The position numbers were made by a program, and so were the translations under genes. A stretch of 64,000 nucleotides of DNA, taken from the NCBI GenBank assembly GCA_963847625.1, contig CAWKAR010000063.1, positions 30,510-94,509 on the forward strand, in the 5' to 3' direction. The notes below the pieces were generated by a model that was not told the origin of the DNA, searched no databases, and saw nothing but the letters and a program-made list of their open reading frames with translations. Each line of letters begins with the position of its first letter. The stretch's first letter is position 1. This DNA comes from a candidate division FCPU426 bacterium (GTDB taxonomy: Bacteria > Oederibacteriota > Muellerivitia > Muellerivitales > Muellerivitaceae). Below, piece after piece: positions 62,401 through 64,000 of this stretch.

Positions 62401-62644
62401 CATGCCGACCTACAATTAAACATTTATGAAGGCCGGTACAGATTTTATATGGTTCTGCACCGCCAATCTTCACCCTCGGCTGGCAGCCTCGGGTGGCCTG
62501 TATAGTACCAATTTCATTAAATGCCTTATGGTGAATTGGCACATGCCAGCCATCAATAAAACTTATATTGAGGCTGGTATCGTACCGATTTCAATTAAAT
62601 ATTTTTCATTAATGAAAATCGGCACAGCTTGGTGCAGGAACCAT
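62401..62644 (-). repeat. Inverted sister copy of the palindromic-motif array
   Basis: Motifs at 62496-62512, 62535-62550 and 62573-62589, half-sites at 62401, 62432 and 62618; enclosed by the IR ATGGTTCTGCACC/GGTGCAGGAACCAT. Confidence 0.7.
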
Positions 62645-63015
62645 TCGTCACTTTAGATTTCTAAGGCATTTTCCACCCTTCTAGAAACGGTAATTCGCCC
62701 CGATCTGGACAGGGAACAGGCTGGCGCTAACGCGCCAGAATTAGGGATTAATAATTTTGAATTATGAATTTCGGAAGGTTCTGCGTTCGTGGCCTCATTC
62801 GAACCATTAAATTGTTTGACAACTGCCGGTGCGCCCGAATTTTGAATTTTGAATGATGAGTTATCAATTGAGTTCTTCCAGCCAGCCCGGCTGAGGCCCC
62901 TTTTTCCCCCCGCTTTTCAGGCGGGATAGGGGCCAAGGCTAATTTTTTCTTGTTGGCGGCTTTTTAAATCCCAATGATGGCGGGGGAAGGCCCCCGAAAT
63001 TTTCGGGGCATCGCA

Positions 63016-63064
63016 TTGACTAAAAAAGACGGCTGTGATAATGTAATTACAAAGTAATTACATT
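63016..63064 (+). promoter_or_regulatory. mazEF-like promoter with perfect operator AATGTAATTAC-aaa-GTAATTACATT
   Basis: TTGACT-17-TAATGT; 11-bp perfect inverted repeat at 63040-63064. Confidence 0.75.
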
Positions 63065-63314
63065 GGAGGCCTCGGCATGCCCCGCAAATCTTTAAGGGAA
63101 GCATAAGGATTGCGGGACTATACCAACTTCATTGTAATTTTCAGAATAGGAGAGTCGGCATGCGCCGATCATCCATAAAGAAATATTGAGATCGGTACTA
63201 TACCGGCAACATTAAATGCTACAAGGAGAGTCGGCATGTGCCGATCCTCTATAAAAATATATTGAGATGGGCACTATACCGGCAACATTAAATGCTTCAA
63301 GGAGAGTCGGCATG
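63065..63314 (+). repeat. Tandem array (84/76/76-bp units) in the TA leader
   Basis: GGAGAGTCGGCATG at 63149, 63225 and 63301, a variant at 63065; ACTATACC in every unit. Confidence 0.85.
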
Positions 63315-63563
63315 CGGTCGCAAATCATACAAATCGGCAATTCGAAAGGCATACGGATTCCACGGCCCCTCTTGGAGCAGTGCCAGCTGGAGGATGAAGT
63401 CGAGTTGGAGGCCCAGCCCGGCCAACTCGTGGTGAGGCCGGTCGGCGGACTCCGCCAGGGGTGGGCCGCGGCTTTTGAGAAGATGGCCCAATACGGCGAC
63501 GACGGGTTGCTGGATGAGGGCGGTCCCGCGACCGAATGGTCCCGTAAGGACTGGAAATGGTAA
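63312..63563 (+). CDS. mazE: AbrB/MazE-family antitoxin
   Basis: IIQIGNSKGIRIP..LL, RQGWAAAF, GDD.LL..W.W. Confidence 0.88.
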   Translation: MRSQIIQIGNSKGIRIPRPLLEQCQLEDEVELEAQPGQLVVRPVGGLRQGWAAAFEKMAQYGDDGLLDEGGPATEWSRKDWKW

Positions 63564-63880
63564 TCTCGCGTTTCGAGGTTCATTTGGTCCGGTTGGACCC
63601 CGCCGAGGGAAGCGAAATCAAAAAGACCAGGCCTTGCCTGGTCATCTCCCCCGACGATATGAACCAATATATCCGGACAGTGATCGTAGCCCCCATGACG
63701 AGCAAGGGGAGGGATTACCCGACCCGCGGCCCGGTCGAATTCCAGGGTAAACAGGGCCAGATCGTCCTGGACCAGATCCGAACCGTGGATAAGACCCGTC
63801 TCGTTAAAAAACTGGGTAAGATCGGTGACGCGACCTCGGAAAAGGTATTGAGGCTCCTCGGGGAAATGTTCGGGCCCTAA
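63557..63880 (+). CDS. mazF: PemK/MazF-family endoribonuclease toxin
   Basis: LDPAEGSEIKKTRPCLVISP, VAPMTS, LDQIRTVDKTRL. Confidence 0.92.
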   Translation: MVISRFEVHLVRLDPAEGSEIKKTRPCLVISPDDMNQYIRTVIVAPMTSKGRDYPTRGPVEFQGKQGQIVLDQIRTVDKTRLVKKLGKIGDATSEKVLRLLGEMFGP

Positions 63881-64000
63881 GGAACAAAGTTGATGCTTTT
63901 CCAGGGTGTTCATTGGCCCCTTTTTCCTTCCATTATTCGGGCTGAAAATACGGTTTAGGAAACCTTTTTCCTAATTTCTGCCTTTTTTTATGGCACTTTT

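Noticed and set aside
63065..63314. CRISPR array interpretation (42-nt repeat, 34-37-nt spacers)
   Set aside because: Spacers are homologous and self-complementary, there are only three units, and no cas genes are in the window.
63212..63913. 233-aa minus-strand ORF over mazEF
   Set aside because: Antisense to two well-supported genes; no recognisable motif.

Overview
Bacterial chromosomal window from a diderm organism. The lineage cannot be proven; the Pro/Thr-linker, FlgD-Ig/CTD-terminated secreted proteins suggest a polysaccharide-degrading candidate-phylum bacterium. The first ~21 kb is largely housekeeping: AsmA-like, MFS, metallophosphatase, HPr, PilZ, mazG, an Mrr-like protein, fabG-bioF-bioD-bioA, rimO-pgsA-pgpA-cinA-thpR, Xaa-Pro peptidase and twin GT-A-like genes. 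21-42 kb holds a second HPr module, mntH-usp, a TetR/TolC/RND efflux unit and secreted or lipoprotein genes. 42.7-49.5 kb encodes a 2283-aa GH8/DUF11/CBM3-like protein with a ~1200-aa Pro/Thr stalk. 49.5-64 kb is an accessory region with five type II toxin-antitoxin pairs, a GH27 enzyme, a metal-uptake operon led by a DUF2946/RAPP-type leader ORF, OMP gene remnants and several unexplained repeat families. Three signals stand out: (i) a ~38-nt-period array of alternating palindromic motifs with covarying stems in the 5' leader of the mazEF-like operon, with an inverted sister array 450 bp upstream; (ii) a ~30-bp palindromic repeat that separates gene units in a cassette-like way; (iii) a duplicated palindrome-HPr-microprotein-regulator module. 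Five frameshifts are each repaired by adding one base to a homopolymer, which suggests long-read errors. No CRISPR/cas, rRNA, tRNA, integrase or transposase was recognised.
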